Origin: Amphiscolops sp. MND2022
Taxonomy: Eukaryota
Assembly (NCBI GenBank): GCA_964187785.1
Contig: OZ076409.1
Coordinates: 47,804,001 to 47,868,000 of the forward strand
Reading direction: 5' to 3'
DNA length: 64,000 nucleotides
Shown here: piece by piece, positions 36,494 to 51,459 of the stretch
Numbering within the stretch: the stretch's first letter is position 1
How the letters are laid out: each line of letters opens with the position of its first letter
Made by a program: the position numbers and the translations under genes
The notes under the pieces: generated by a model
What the model was told of the DNA's origin: nothing
The model's database searches: none
Seen by the model: the letters and a program-made list of their open reading frames with translations, nothing else

Positions 36494-38757
36494 CTGAGAA
36501 CGAAAGTTTATCAGTATACAAACAGGAAGGCTAGCGGTCCTTTGTATTTCATAGATAAGTATTTATATGTATGTTACATATGTATATACATATAATATAT
36601 GGAGAAACGAAAACATTGGTGTTAGTGCAGTCCAGGATAAATACTCAAATAGGCCCCATAGGCAATTTTGATGCAAACTATTTCCTCGTATTTGCAATCA
36701 ATTCACGTGTTTTAGCGAAAAGTGGCAAATGATTAAAAAACAGTCCTTCAAATGTTTTACTAATAACTTTTCGGACACTTTCTTGTTTCCAAGGCTATTG
36801 CACACAAAACGCTGTGAATCCTCATACATATACGTTTGTTTTCATGCTTCTTGATCCAGACTGCTATTCATAATTACTTTTTGTCATATTTTTTTGCTCA
36901 CTTTCAGAAATTATGTTATCAGCTATCGAAATATATTCCAAAGAGACGTAATTCTAAATCCGAAAAAAAATTGAATTGAAAAAAAAGTAAAATTTATGTA
37001 ATAGTTGCCATGTTATTTGTTTTCGATTTTATAAAAAAATGAAGATAATTTTTTGGTGCGAGAAACAATCATACAAAGAAAAATCGTTCCCTGAACAGAC
37101 GTTTTCTCTCCAAATTCGGCCATGGTTTATTTTCAAACTCAAAAGATGGATATTGGACAAGTTTAAGGGAGTACCAAAAATGTATTTTTCAAGCTTTTAC
37201 TTTGATTTTTGATATTTATATGCAAGTTTTTCACAATATTTTATTGGTTTTGTTGGCATGACTACCCATGTTGATCACTACCAGCGAATCTGTACAGATT
37301 CTGACAAATATTTCAGGATTTATCGAAAATTAACTAGTCATAAATAGAGTTTTGAAATTGAAACTAGTTGAATAAAAAGTGCTCTACAAGATAAACACGC
37401 CTTCTAATTGAAGTTTAAAAAAATTCTGGAGAGAGTTTCAACTGACTGAGCCTTGGTCATCTAAAATGCTTGTTGAAGAATCCCAAAAATGAAATACATT
37501 GTTTCCCTAGAAGGTCAGGGAAAATTTTTCTTGAAAGGTCTGTATAGAAAATCTTTAAACATCTGTAAAGATCCTTGCAGATGTGCAGTTGTCCTTACGT
37601 AGCAGTGGCACGATCTTTACAGATCCTCAAGGAAAGTAGGCTCACAGATCTTCACCACAGATTCTGAAGGAAAGCTCAACATGGGTATTCATAAAATTCA
37701 ACAACAAAAAAAATAGTTCCTCAACAATTCGTTAAGTGAAGAAATCTGAAGTTCAGAGAAAGTTTTGAAGCTTGCCAACGGCATAAGCTTAGCACGTTTT
37801 TACTTGCCTACTCTGAAAGTCTTTGATTGCAATTCGATTCCAGATGAGGTCGTGCTATTTTTAGCTGATTTCAGTGTGGTAGATACTTTTCTTCAAGCGT
37901 TTGTTTCGAAAATGTCAAGAAGACGTCTTAAAGGTGAACATTGATTATACTGGGGTCAGATAAACTTGATTGTTTTGCTTCACATACGATTTCTCACATA
38001 AAAAGTCACTTGCAATAGGAAAAAGAAAGGAAAGCTTACACTTTAGGTCAAACGAAGGGCAGTATCAGAACACTCAGACTATTGGTCAATACTCTGTGGT
38101 TATGATAAGCAAATAATTAAAAGTACTGAACACACAGCGTTCGGTAAGTGATCGTTTTCAATATGACTGTTTGAGAGTCTGCGATTAGAGCTGCTTCAGA
38201 ACAAAATGACAAATAATTTTGAAGCTCTCTGTGTAAACGATAGAAACGACAGCGTATACCAGCGCATAAGAATCTGATTTAGCGTTTCAGCCAAATTAAT
38301 AGCTTAAAATTACCTTCTTGTTCCGAGGTCTCGTTTTCTAATCGGTTTCAAAAATATATAGAAAATTTAGTGTACAAAAACATTTATTGATGATAGTAAA
38401 AAAATCACAAACAATGTGATTCATAATTACTGAACGTTTTTAAACGTATAACTTACTGTCTTTTTACATTTTTGATACCCATATTGAGCACGCCCTGCGA
38501 ATCTGTACAGATATGTACAGATCCTGACAGATATTCCAGGATTTGTCGAAAATTAAAGTCATAAATACAGTTTTGAAATTGAAATTAGTTGATTAAAAAG
38601 TTTTCTACAAGATAAACGAGCCTCTTCATTGAAGTTTTAAAAAAGTTTCTGTGCCAATCTGCAGCGATCCTGGAACATAATCCAGAATTTGTCAAATGGT
38701 AACTATACGAAAATTTAAAGATCCTCAAGGAAGACTAACAGATATATACAGATTCTG

Positions 38758-39590
38758 CCCAGTTTTTCGATCTTTGCGAATCTGTGCAGATCTGCAGGAT
38801 TTTTGCAGATCTTTGCAGATATGTGCAGATCTGCAGAATTTTTGCAGATCTTTGCAGATATGTGCAGATTCGAAAAAAAACTGACACCCTCAGAAACGCA
38901 ATAAAAACCCCACAAGGATGTCAAGCGAATAATGAAAATGTTCAAAACTGGAGAGAAGTCTCATTTATGTCAAAATGATGATAAAATTTTCTGTAGCAAT
39001 CCGTACAGAGCCAAACAATGACCAATAAATTACCATAACGTATTCCAAGTTAACAGCAATTACTAAAAATACTCCAACAAACTATGTGCGGAAATACAAA
39101 AACGACACTTTATCAATACATCGACCAACCCAGAAGGTTGCCACATGTCAAATTTTATCTGCCAAAACAAAGTCAAAATGGCAAACGAGCCTCTCAAAGT
39201 TCAACAACCACTTCTGGAAAGTTCGAGTGAAATGGATAAATTAACGTGTTTCACCAAAAATCGCACTTTCTCCAGTCACCACAATTACCGTGACGGGGAC
39301 AAATTTTCCTCCTCAAGAATTTTGAGTGATGGAGAGTTTCAACTGACTGACCCTAGGTCAGCTAAAATACTCGATAAAGTAGTTGAAGAAGTCCAAAAAT
39401 GCAGTATATTGGTTCCTTAGAAGCTGCAGAAAAACATTTCTGCAAAAATCTTTAAAGAAAATCTGCACATTTCTGTAAAGATCTTGCAGATCTGTATGGA
39501 TCTTCAAGATTCAGTGCAACGATCTTTGCAGAACCCTGCAGAAAAAAATCCTGCAGATCTGCACAGATTCGCAAAGATCGAAAACCTGGG
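38758..39590. mobile_element. Second copy of the CMC/EnSpm-like MITE, inverted relative to 33504-34352
   Basis: Same TIR CCCAG(G/T)TTTTCGATCTTTG; 2-bp TSD TG; inserted in an older relative (38490-39640, similar to 37265-37690). Confidence 0.8.
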
Positions 39591-42500
39591 TGGTTGATTA
39601 CCCCCAGATTCTGAAGGAAAGCTCAATATGGATATCGGATTAAATAGAATAATCCACAAAACACCCTTTTATAAAAAAGTTGCAGTCCAAAACAACTGAT
39701 TGCGCTTTCCAACTAACACAGTTCACGCTCATCAACAAAACCAATGAAACGAATTTCATGAAGACTTTGTTTTCGACCATCGTATCACACACATCAATTG
39801 TCCACACATCGAAAACATGACAGGAAAACCATCCATTCGATGCGAATTTTATTTCAAGCTGAGCACTGCTCAATGCAAATTTCGAGTTGATACATTATTT
39901 TCCTATGGGAGAAGAAAAATTACCAACTCAGCGGCATTTTTTGCAACAAAATTTGCCGTTTCTAGTGTAACGGAAGCCTGTGATACAACGAGTTTTCAGA
40001 AAAATCGACCAAAAATTCGTTCAAATCTGACGTGGCAAATTGAGCATGCTTTGGCCAAAGTACCTGTCAAAAATCAGTTCAGAAGACGAAGCAAGCCGCC
40101 CGCGGAGACGACCGAACGGGAACACGGAGTGTAGAAGCCTATGCGCTGAGAAAACTCATAAATAGACTTTTTTTGAGGTGCTAACTCCGGTTTTTACCGA
40201 ATTTCAGTATTATGCTACCCAAAGTAGCAAGAACCGAAAAAATGCGTCTTTTCGCTTAATTATCTTTTTTTGGTGCTTGGAGTCTCTGCGCCTTGTAGCT
40301 GTGTGGTTGGCCATATTCGTGCCTATTTTAATGTGTTTCTACTGTTTTTAGCTAGCCCATGCGCTAGTTTTCGCAGTTTAGATCTTAGTACCCATTTTAG
40401 ACCTTATTCACATGTCACCCTGGAATTTCAACGTGGAATTGGAAATTTACGCTGTTTATCCTTGGCATTGTTTTTAAAGGCTGTCTAGACGGTGGTTATG
40501 AAGAGAAAAAGCATAATGCCCGTTATTCTCAGCAATTACAGACTGGATCAGGCCGGAGAGCATCCTTTAAGACGGTTCCCCCTCCTCGGGACCGGCTACC
40601 CACAGGAGGACAAAGTGAGCTGGTGCTATGGTGGTTTGTCCCGGACCATATCCATAGTGTCAGTTCCTCCACTCCAATGTTTCGTCCCAAACGCTTAGCG
40701 CTTGCCGTTACATAGTTTATATCCGAATGAAAAACTTTATTACACAGAATTTACCTACCATAATCTTAGTTATTCTTTGTGAAGATATTTGAAGGTTTTT
40801 GGTAATGACCAAAATGACTCCAAAATAGACATATCTTCCAAAATTATGAACTTATTAATGCAATTTTTGTAGAGTTGTTGAAAATTTTTGTACCTGAGCA
40901 TCCAAAAAATTCAGAGAAAAGAATCTAGAGAAAGAACCGGCAATCCAGGACGAAATGAGAAGAGTAGAAATCCTGAAGCTATTGTTTGAAAAATGATTCA
41001 AAATGACAAAAAATAGCCAAAAAAACAAAGTTGAACCTTTTTTCGAACAATTAATTGAATTTTTTGCAGTTTTTGAAATCTTCCAAACGTTAGAATATCT
41101 GAGAGTGCCAAAACAACAAAAAATTCTCATTAAAGTTTACTTTTTGTAGAGAAACCCAAGTTTTGATTCGAAAATACTTAAATAGCAACATATGCTATAA
41201 CTGAACATAGCCGCGGCGAAGACGAAAAAAAGCACCTACTTAGCATACTTTTCAGGACCAAAATAAGGGGTTTACTGAAGAGGAAGCCTCAAAACAAACA
41301 AAAGTACTAAAATGTTTTTTCTAAGGCAACATAATCATCTACTTAGAACACGCTTCACGAGAGAAATCCGAGATTTGGTATATGAAGTATGCTCGGTAAA
41401 AGCTTGAACCTGATGTCAAAGTTGAACTATAACAAGATGCCCGTTGAGCAAAGGATCTTTTCTATCTCAAAATAAAGTAGCTAGAATTTTCTTACCGGTC
41501 GAGCGTATTTGCTACACATTTATTTCATTTCACGCCTTCCGCTGAGAAATATTGAATGAATATTTCGTCAAGTAAATTCTGCTTAGTAGCCAAAATCTTT
41601 TGCCAATGAACTCCATGAAGGTTCGCTCTTACATGCGAAATTATCCATAAAAAGCATGAAAAGTTTTGATTTTCAGCTGGCCATTTCGAAACAAATAAAC
41701 TAACGTCAGCATTTCCATTTTGTTCCCAAAAACACTAAGACCCAATTATTGCGTCCTTGAAGACTGTGATTATTCATGTCCATTAAAAGGTTCAAAAAAG
41801 TGTACGGAAAAATAGCACAATTGAAATCGGAGAAATAGTGTTTTTTGAGTATTTGAGGCTTTCTATGATAAATTGTCAACTTTATACTTTGAAGATGTAT
41901 TGGTTTATTGTTTCAATCGCCATTGAAATAGTTGAACTTTGTAATAGACGAAAAACAGAAACTATGGAATTTTCGAAAAGAGAGTCTTTTACCCTTTTTG
42001 TTTTTGGGCTAGTTTGAAGACTTTATAAATATACGTTTCTATGTTAAAGTGTATGCTACATGGGATCTGAAATATTTCTGAACTCTGTGTGTAGTAATTT
42101 CCAGTAGTCAAACAAAAACTGTATTGAGTTTTTAAAAAACTGGAAAAAATATTCCTTTGCTTTTTTTCTAAATTACGAATCTGTGCCTGTGGTGCGCCAG
42201 CTTGCGAGCTGAATGTGGATATTGCCAAACAAATGTTGTGGACGAGATTACTGTACATTACTAAGATTTTTTGGCTACTTTGGCAATTTAATTTGTTATT
42301 CCGCAAGTCACCCTGAATGACGAAAACTTACATTGTTTCTTCTTGGAACGTTTTTAAAGGTTTTCTAAGCCTTAATTTTGAAGAGAAAAGGCATAATTCA
42401 CGTTACTTACAGCATTGACAGTCGGTAAGGCCTCCTCAGAAGCGGGACCTTCTCCTGACGGGACACGTTTTACCTCAGGAGGCAAAATGGCCTATGACTA

Positions 42501-45500
42501 TGGCGCCAGTCCCAGACAAACATCCATGTCAAGGGTTCCTCCATCTTCATTGACGGACAACTGACGGCGACAGCTTGCCGTTACATGGAGACATCCATTT
42601 TATGGCGACCACAGTGGTTTTAACGCTTTTTAAAGAGCTAACTCCGGGTGATTGACACCAAGAACGACCTGGCTTTGGACGGGGATGTTTACGCAGAATT
42701 TTTCCTACATTTTTTACGGTGTGAGGGTGATGGCAGGTAATCTGTCCATTTTTAAGAGGACTTTTCCGAATACCGATGGATGCGCCACGTTCCACCTGAC
42801 CGATAGATGAGCTGAAACGAGTGTTCCCGACTTTTCCGCATTTCTCGCGCAGACGTCCTAAATGGATGGTTTTCAATGGAACGTTAGAACAAGTGATGAC
42901 GTTGTAGAGGGTCCAAGCTATTTGTCTCCGGCTGGTCTGGATGTTGAGAAAAAAGTCTGCAAAGTGCCACTACTCATGCCCGAAGTCTCAATTTTTTGAA
43001 GTAGGTATGAAGACAGTTTTCGATTGCTTTTTTTGTTAGAAACTGTTTGGTCAGCTAGTTGTTTCTTGTTGCAACTCTTTGTGTGCTTTTGGACCTTTTT
43101 TATTGAAACAGGTGTGTTTTTTTTCTGCAACTGTACCAAGAACGTCAATTCGAAAATTTTTGACATTTTTCTTGGTACGAGGGCAAGCGCTTCTGGTATT
43201 AGCCGCAACAGTTGCAGAAACAATTACAAGTAGCCTAAAATCGCGAAACGTTTGATATATAATGCAATGATAACATTAAAGGCTGTTGGCGCACTTTTTC
43301 AGACGCTTTTTATATGAAACAACCCCTCTTTTTGGGATTTAAACAAAAAACCACTAAAAATTGCCACTGGAAGAGTGCCGTAAAGTAATGTAAATGCCGC
43401 TTCCTTGCTGCTAGTAGCTTGGGGGCACACTCCACGGCACACAAAATATTGTGTAGTCAGATTGTTCACGTCTTCTTAGCGGGAAAGAATCAAGAAACCT
43501 TGAATTTTGGATAGTGTCAGGAGTGTCCGTGTAACTAATAAAACCTCTGAGGTATCACTTGTTTTTGTTAGTTGGGCTTAAGAGCTCTCATTTTCCGTTT
43601 ATACAGTAACCGCAACGTGTGGAGGAAAAAAAAACTCGCGTCGAAATTTTTTTGAGTGCTACGAAAAGTAGAAAAACGCACGAAAAAGCTCTTTTTTTAA
43701 TCAATCCGCACTGTCAAAAAAGTAGAGTCGGGTCATAGATATCGTTATCCTACCTACAAAGTAGTTGCATTTTGGCAATTGACACTACAATAACCAATTG
43801 TTAGGCCTGAAAAGTTGATGAGCTTAGTGCTAACAACAGCTGAGAAAATGCTTTGACGTTTCGACCTCAGAAAGAGCAAAAGAAGCCAAAAAGTTTCAAA
43901 ACCACAGGACCAACAGTGCTTTATACCTAACGGGCACGGCTAATTGAGGGATAAATTCAATGCAACGGCCAGTGGGGCAACGCTTCGGCCCTAGTTTCCT
44001 CGCCGTTCCGTTCCTTGGAGCGAACCTCTTTGCAAATGTTTGAAAAAAGTGATAAAAAATACCGTTTTCGGAGATGATAACTGTACCTGGTTGGAACCTC
44101 AAAGAAGCACACGTGCTTCCATTGATTCACTCCGATAGCATTGTGGGTACTCACCGGCAGTAACTTCTAAAAATTGTGTTGATAGGTCCAACACCCGTTG
44201 AGAAATTGACAAAGACAGACTGCACAAAAAGGCGCCTAAAAAGGATATTTTTAAAAGTTTTTCAATTAGCCTGGACACCTTTGTCAAAAGGTGGCGCAAA
44301 AAACTGACCGCCCTTGCATTTGGTACTAGTTGCCGTATCGTTGCCGAAAACACGAGCTTGCTAGCTTCTCGCAGTAGACCGGGATATTGAATGCACATAA
44401 AAACCAGTGCACCTTGATGCACACTGTACAGAATGTCGGTGCTGTGTTGAACTTTCAATTAGTTGCTTTGGCCCAAGTAGGTATTTAAACCCGTGTACCT
44501 CAGTTTACGTGGGTTTGTTTGGCTAATTGTCAGCCCAATCCCACGTTTCAAGCGTGAGTACAAGCCACTTACATTTTTTACAAGTGAATCTGAAAAAAAG
44601 ACGGAAAAAGCTTCTAGCCTGTGATTGGAGACTAATATTCCAATTTGGAACTCATTTCTCGGGTCAGTGCATCAGTAACGAATTGCACTTTTTTGTCACG
44701 CGTGCCATTTCATCAACTCATTTTAAGGCTTCACCGAGACAAAAAATGAAATCCTTGGTAGACTTGTACACCTGTAAAACTCCTCAAGTGTTAACTCACA
44801 TTAGTGAACCCATTGTTTCACGTGTGAGTTTTAGGTCAGTATAGAGTGGGCCTCGCTAGATCGTAGTATCCTGTTACATAAAGTTGCGACATCCTGTTTT
44901 TTTGTGACGTGTGGGAATATTTTCTTGAACTGTCGGTGTACTCTACCTGAAAAGTGGGTTCAAACTACTGCACATCTTTGTCACCAGTGTCAGTTGTTAC
45001 ACTGTAAGCTCTACGTAGTGGATAAAAAACTAGTATCACAGGTGAATTATCACCAGTACAAAGTCATAGTGATATGGAACGTCTGCATCGTGTCGAAATC
45101 TCACGCAAGTGTCCTAACTGATATCCTCGATTAGTTTCCTGTACCTGTGACCAATTTTGAGACCCACTTTACGTTTACAGCGTGTCTTTGAAGAAAAAAA
45201 TCCATGAAAACGTTTTTAAAGGAACTCCGTAGGCAAATGATTTCTTTGTTCATTTGCCAGCCTGTGGGTTTGAAAGAAAGTACTCAGTTGGTTCAGCCAA
45301 GCTACGGCTGCTAGAACCATATTTGACTGTTTTCAGACACGGGTTTCAAAACAACCAAAAAAAACTATCGAAATACGAACATTGTAAAATCCGGATACTT
45401 CCGCTGTATCGAAAGCAAGGTCAGAAAGCATTAATTTTCCAACAGTAGTGAACCTGGGAAGCCTCCCTGGGTGCGAACGAGGCAAATCCTACAGTTTAAA

Positions 45501-47975
45501 AAAATGCTGACAGGGGTCATAACTTTTCGACTCCCTTGAAGCATTGAATGTTGATCTCTGTAAAGACCAAATCTGAAATTTCAAGAACCTTCTGGGAGTC
45601 AAGATTGAACTTTTGCAACGAGAACACCTCCAGGCGTTATGCTGTGAGCTTGATCAAGGTTTTGATCATCTAAAAAAGAACCCAAACGAACGAAAATTTT
45701 GCCAGACTATCCAAATGTGAAACCTTCTTCGGAAGTTTTAGTGTTTTTTCTTCTTTATCAAGTAGTGCGAGCACCAAACATGTCAGTTGCGCAAAAACCA
45801 CTCTCGAGCGATTATAAAACACCAATTTTTTTAGTGGAGTGGTCAACGAACATTTCGCCTGTGTGTTTTCTATATCTATAATTTCAGACCATGGGAGCAT
45901 TTTGCTCACATTTGATAATTTCCAGCCCATTGAAGCAGTGTGAATAGTGCAGTGCAAGTTTCAGCATTGTTTTGTTCCTGGAACCTACTTTGACGAAACT
46001 TATTTTGCAAAAAAAACGTTTTAAAACATGTCAAAGATACCGTTTTTTAGACGAAAAATCCGGCTTCCATCAAGAAGCTTCGCTTTTTAACAAGCATGAC
46101 AGCGAAGCCGCAGAGCATCAAACTGGTGAAGTGCCTGTGCGCAATGAAATCGAGTTTGAGAAGTCACGCAAACAGCAAAAATTATCCAAGAAGTCGGATT
46201 TCACCCTCAGTCTGAAGGTGTTTGGCCTATGACAACGGAATTATCCACCAAAAAAGATGGGCTTACGAACTCCATTGTCTCAATCAAAGATGGAACCTGA
46301 TTATGAAAAGCAGTTGGCAGTACGTGCGAACAGAGCATCTACCTCTGGTGTTCTAGAACGCTCAATTGGATGGTTGCATCTAGATCGTGAAACATGGCAA
46401 AGCCTGCTACGTTCTTGCAATGTCATATCAACATCACCCACCACTTTCTTTGCAAAGGGGAGAAAGGGGTACCCCAACTCCACGTTCTTGCTTTGCAGCA
46501 GAATGCCGAACGAGAAACGTATCTGCCAAAAATGTGTTGGAAGCTCAGACATCATCAACAGCGAACTATCTCGATGAAAATCCATCGACGATTCCATTGA
46601 CTTTGGCTAGCAACTCTCACTTCCCAGGAACAAAGACCCTTTTATTAACGTCTGAGTTGCTGCCAAATCTATCGAAAGAACTACGAGCCACGTTCTGTCA
46701 AACGTGGTCACACAAACTTTTTCAGAATTACCCGCAGTTGGATTGCCCGTGTTTCAAACAAATTTCGATCCTCTGGTCACAGACGGGGTCGTCCACAACG
46801 CTTAGTCACAGAAAACGTTCTACCAGCGTGATCGAACCGACCGAAGGGACATAGCCGTGTTCTCCCTCCAAATCATTCTCGACAAATCATTCTCAAATCA
46901 ATTTTGAGACAAATCATTCTCAATTTTGTCAACATTCAATAGTAATCATTGACAAAACGGTGTTCAAGGTCCGTGAGTCCCAGTGTAAAACAGGCACGCT
47001 GGTTCTCCATAACCCAGGTTGACTACCCAGTTGTCACCACTCGAAGTAATAAACGCTTGACGTCACATTATTTTCACTCGATTCCGATGGTTTTAACCAA
47101 AACTTGCCACTGAAACCCTTTTGCTCAAACGTCTAATAATTTAACGTTTTCATGACTATCAGTAAAGCCTGATACCGAAAAGAAACTGTCAGAAATGTGG
47201 TCTTTGGCATAACATTTTTGTTGGCGTTCCTCTTCAAAAAGATTTCTGTTTTGTTTACACTATAGTTCGAATCTTCTAAGACTCATTATAACTTCATCCT
47301 TGATTCAGTAATTTTGCTTCAATACCCATCGAGATATTTCGTGTTATGAAGTGCATGAGGTCCACATTACTGAATTGCAAGATTTTGCCTACCTTTGCCT
47401 CAGTGCTCTTTCTCTCAAGCAGTTCGTAGTTCGCCTCTGTTACGCTCCTTAAAAGATGCTACTGAATTTTATACTATAACGAGTATGTACGAGTAGTACG
47501 AGTATGCTGCTGCATGTCAGAGCGGGTTGCACAAACCAAGCCACAGTAAGGACAAATATTTTTAAATGATCGTTTCCTTTTATTGAGTACGTTTTTTGCT
47601 GAAAAGAAGTTTTACCGGAAACAATTTTCATCTGTTCTGCAAACTGAGTCTTACTTGGGTTTTGGAAAGAAACCACGCCGCAGAGACTCAGGGTTTCAAA
47701 AAATTTTTAGTCGCAAGAAAATCATCATTTCGCTAGGACAATTTTTTTCAAACTCAGTGCAGAAAACTTGTGCCATCCGAATGATTATCCTAAAGTGATG
47801 TACGTAATATTTATCTGATTTGTTTGAAGTTCCATTTTTGAGTGCTTGTTAACTAGCCCAGTTTTGGCAGTCAGTGGACGACGCACGCTCAATAGATGCC
47901 AAGAAGCAATTCTTCAAGGTTCCCCAAATAACAATTTTTTTCTTGATTTCAGCAGTATGCTACATTAAGTAGCAC

Positions 47976-48338
47976 TAAGACGGGAACGTCTAAAGTCCGG
48001 GCCATATCTAAGGTTCAAAAAGGGAAAATGTTTTAAGACTGTAGAAAGGGGGACCATACGGGCTTTTTGAAAATCCAGTTTGTTGCAAAAGAGTCGCAGA
48101 GCGCCGAAGAAAATTGAGTTGCACAGTACCGAAAAAAATTTTGGCTGAAGCAAGGACTCGAACCCGTGACCGCTGGGTTCAACGTAAACCGAGTAAAGAC
48201 TGTACTGACGAGTACACGTGAACCGAGTAACGTCTGTACTGAAAAGTGGTACATACACGATGAGGTCTGTGGGCTGACTAAAAAAAACCAACTACTGTAA
48301 AAGTCGGACCCTTTTCAACTGAAAAGGGATGACTAAAA
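47976..48338 (-). mobile_element. HINE-like element copy
   Basis: agacgggaacgtctaaagtc..gccatatctaagg end and gtcggacccttttc..gaaaagggatgactaaaaa end. Confidence 0.6.
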
Positions 48339-51066
48339 ATAACAAAATGAGTTTTTTGTGTAATTCACGACGCCTGTGGTGCGACAGTTTACCAGCTGAA
48401 TGTGGATATTGCCAAATAATTGTTGTGGACGATGTATCTGTACAGTATTGTGATTCAATGGCTACTTCGGTAATTTTAGATGATCTTTCCGCAAGTCACC
48501 CTGAATGACGAAAAATTACAATATTTCATTATAGAAGACTTTCTAAGCCTTAATTTTGAAGAGAAAAGGCATAATTCACGGTGCTGACAGCATTTACAAC
48601 CGGCAAGGCCTCCTTAGAAGCGGGACCTCCTCCTGACGGGACACGTTTTACCTCAGGAGGCAAAATGGTCTATGGCAATGAGCGCCTGTCCCTGGCAAAT
48701 ACCATTGACATAGATTCCTCCATCTGCATTGACGGAGAAGCGAAGGCGACTGCTTGCCGTTACAATGCAAAACCGGACGAGACTAAAGGTTCCCCCATTT
48801 CGATGTTTTTCGGCACTGTGAGACTTTTCATCGAAAATTCGTTCAAGTCTTCAAAGGGTCCCCCTTCAATTTTTCGGGTTTTTAGCAACAAAATGGATGT
48901 TGAAAAATCCTAAAGGGTTTCCCTTTCAAATTTTTCGGCACTGTGAGACTGTTGAAAAATCTCATTTTTTGTCTATTATTAATTGTGTAGATATATCCAA
49001 TAATTTGTTTCAGTACTATTAAAAATTTGACGTAATATCCGAAGTAAAGCGCTATATCCATATTTTTGGCGTTTTTTCCGAAGTATATTGCGCTCACCAA
49101 GGAGGACGTGGAGGTTCAAAAACAAGCTCTCCCATTTGTTCCAGCACGCTATGTCTGAACTTCTGAAGTGCTTTCTGAGCACGAAAGGCACTTTTTTGAT
49201 GCTTCGGAACTTTTTTGTGAGTTTTTCATTACACCCTGAGCATATTTCAGAAACTTTTTGAGCTCTTGAGCCTTATCTGTTTATATTGTATCTCATATAT
49301 TATTCTTATTATCATTCTGGCAGTCTTATTATCTAAGAGATTCATAACGTTATAATTATATAGAACAAAGTTTGGTACGAATTGATAATAATCTTGGCGA
49401 GATTCTTGTCAAAAATTTCAAGAGTTTTCGAAAGAAGTATGACTTTCCAAGATCTTATCAAGAAATTCAAGAGGTAGCAGGATTTTGTAGGAAAATCCAA
49501 GATCTTGGTAAGAAATCCAAGAGTTTTTACACCGGGATGGTTCACATTAGAGGTTCAAAGTTTTGAAGACAGCGAGCATTAGTCCCCCAGCGAGCCACTG
49601 ATAGGGAGTAAAGCCGCTCGATAATAATGAAGAAACAATTTACAGCAGAACCAAATTGAATGAATTCGGAGGTGGATTGGTCTCTCCGTTCGACAGTGAG
49701 CTGATGTAATTTTGAAATGATGTAACTTTTATGTAACTTTGCAAACGATCAGAGTAAAGGAAAGTCAATGCATGCAAATTCTTCGATATTACTATTCGGT
49801 TACATCATCGAGCGGCTAAATCACGGCTACATTAGCGCTGATAGGAGTTCCAGCGATGGCTACCATTTTGAGTGTTCCATCTTTTGATATGACGTAATGA
49901 TCTCCCTAAGAATTTTTTGCTCGGGGGACCAACCGCGAAAATGGTCATAACTTCAAATGCATTATTAATAGTTCCAAACAGTAGTTTGTTTTCTATCTTT
50001 CGGTATTCCCAGCATTTTTTGTGAAATTCCCAATTTGTCTATTGAAAATGAATTTTGATTTACCTTGGTTGCAATTCATGCACCAGTTAGCACAATATTG
50101 CAAAATTGAACCGTTAATATTCAGATTATTCATATCCGACGTAAATAGAATACGAAATAGATTGAGAAATTATATTAATTTTGTTATCCCCACTGTCAGG
50201 TACTATAATATTTATCTTTAATATGTTTGTGCGCAACAAACACAGTGGCAACTCTAGAACATCGGAAGCGCCTAAAAATGTTCTCCAAACTCTTTGGGAT
50301 TTTCGCATGGCTTTTTTTCCGGAATGGGGACTCAGTTTTTTTAGTAGACTAGATTTTGACACTATAACGTCACATGCGTATGCGCATAAAATATGTCTAT
50401 CGATTTTCCACTATATTTTAACTTATAAAATCAGCTCTTGTGTATTGTTTTCAATGAGCGAGACGTTTTCCATTATAATTCCACAAAAAAACGCCAGGGA
50501 TTGAATTCTGTTCGTCTTGAAAATGTTTTTCTTCCCCGAGAAACCCTTTAACTTCAAGATCATTTTGAAGACCTTTCATAGATAACAGATCCTAGTTGAA
50601 ATTGATGTTCTCATCATTTTGCCGTTTTGCCGTTGAAAAATCAACTTGTATTAAAATAACTAATAAACGTACTCAAGTCTTCATTAATTTAGGAAAACCA
50701 CAGCTATCTCTGAAAAATTTTGAAACAAAAACGTACGAGCCTACATTTTCATACTTTAAAGTTACTTTTTGCCTGAATTTTGTTATTTTCTAACCAATAT
50801 TTTCTAAGGGAAACGAAATTTAAAATATTAAAGAAATACGTTCTTCCAAAGAAATCGACCACGAACAAATCAGGTTCGCAGCAAATGCATTTGTAGGGAA
50901 ATCGAACATCCTTGTCATGTGTTTGTCATGTATTTTACTTTTTAAAACGTCTAATGTCTTTCATGAAATTTTTGATTGGGTCAGCAATTGCCAGTGTCAA
51001 ATACAAATATTTATCAGAATATAATATCCCTTCATCTTTTTATTCAGCTTAAATTAGTTCGTTACG

Positions 51067-51183
51067 ATGAGTGTGGCCTCTGGGAGATCCAGTTCGAAGG
51101 GCAAGAAGAAGACAACAGAGCAGCACCAAGATGCAACTAGCGGCAGTGGATCTGCAACTAGAGCTACTCCTACTCATTTACAA
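51067..51183 (+). CDS. GIMAP/AIG1-family GTPase gene, probable exon 1
   Basis: ATG...HLQ then gtcaga donor; phase 0 matches the next exon. Confidence 0.6.
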
Positions 51184-51459
51184 GTCAGAAAACTTTTCTG
51201 GTATCGAATCTTTCAGAAGTTAAATCATGACTATTCTAACGTTTCAAAATAATTGTTATTTTCCGAAAAATATTTAAATCAAACGGTTTTTTTTACAAAA
51301 TTTGCCAAGCACGAAATTTATATTCACCTTAAAGGGTGTTACCCATACAATTCAACTCACGTAAATTTAGCTTCGTGCGATATGCATTTGTAGAGATCTT
51401 TGAACGCTTTTGGGAATGACAAAAATGACCCCAAAATGACCCGGAAAACGACAAAAATT

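Noticed and set aside
47393..47447. Possible small upstream exon of the ankyrin gene (SVTEANYELLERKSTEAK, minus strand)
   Set aside because: It has AG/GT borders, but its phase-0 end does not match the phase-2 acceptor at 36493 and there is no homology support
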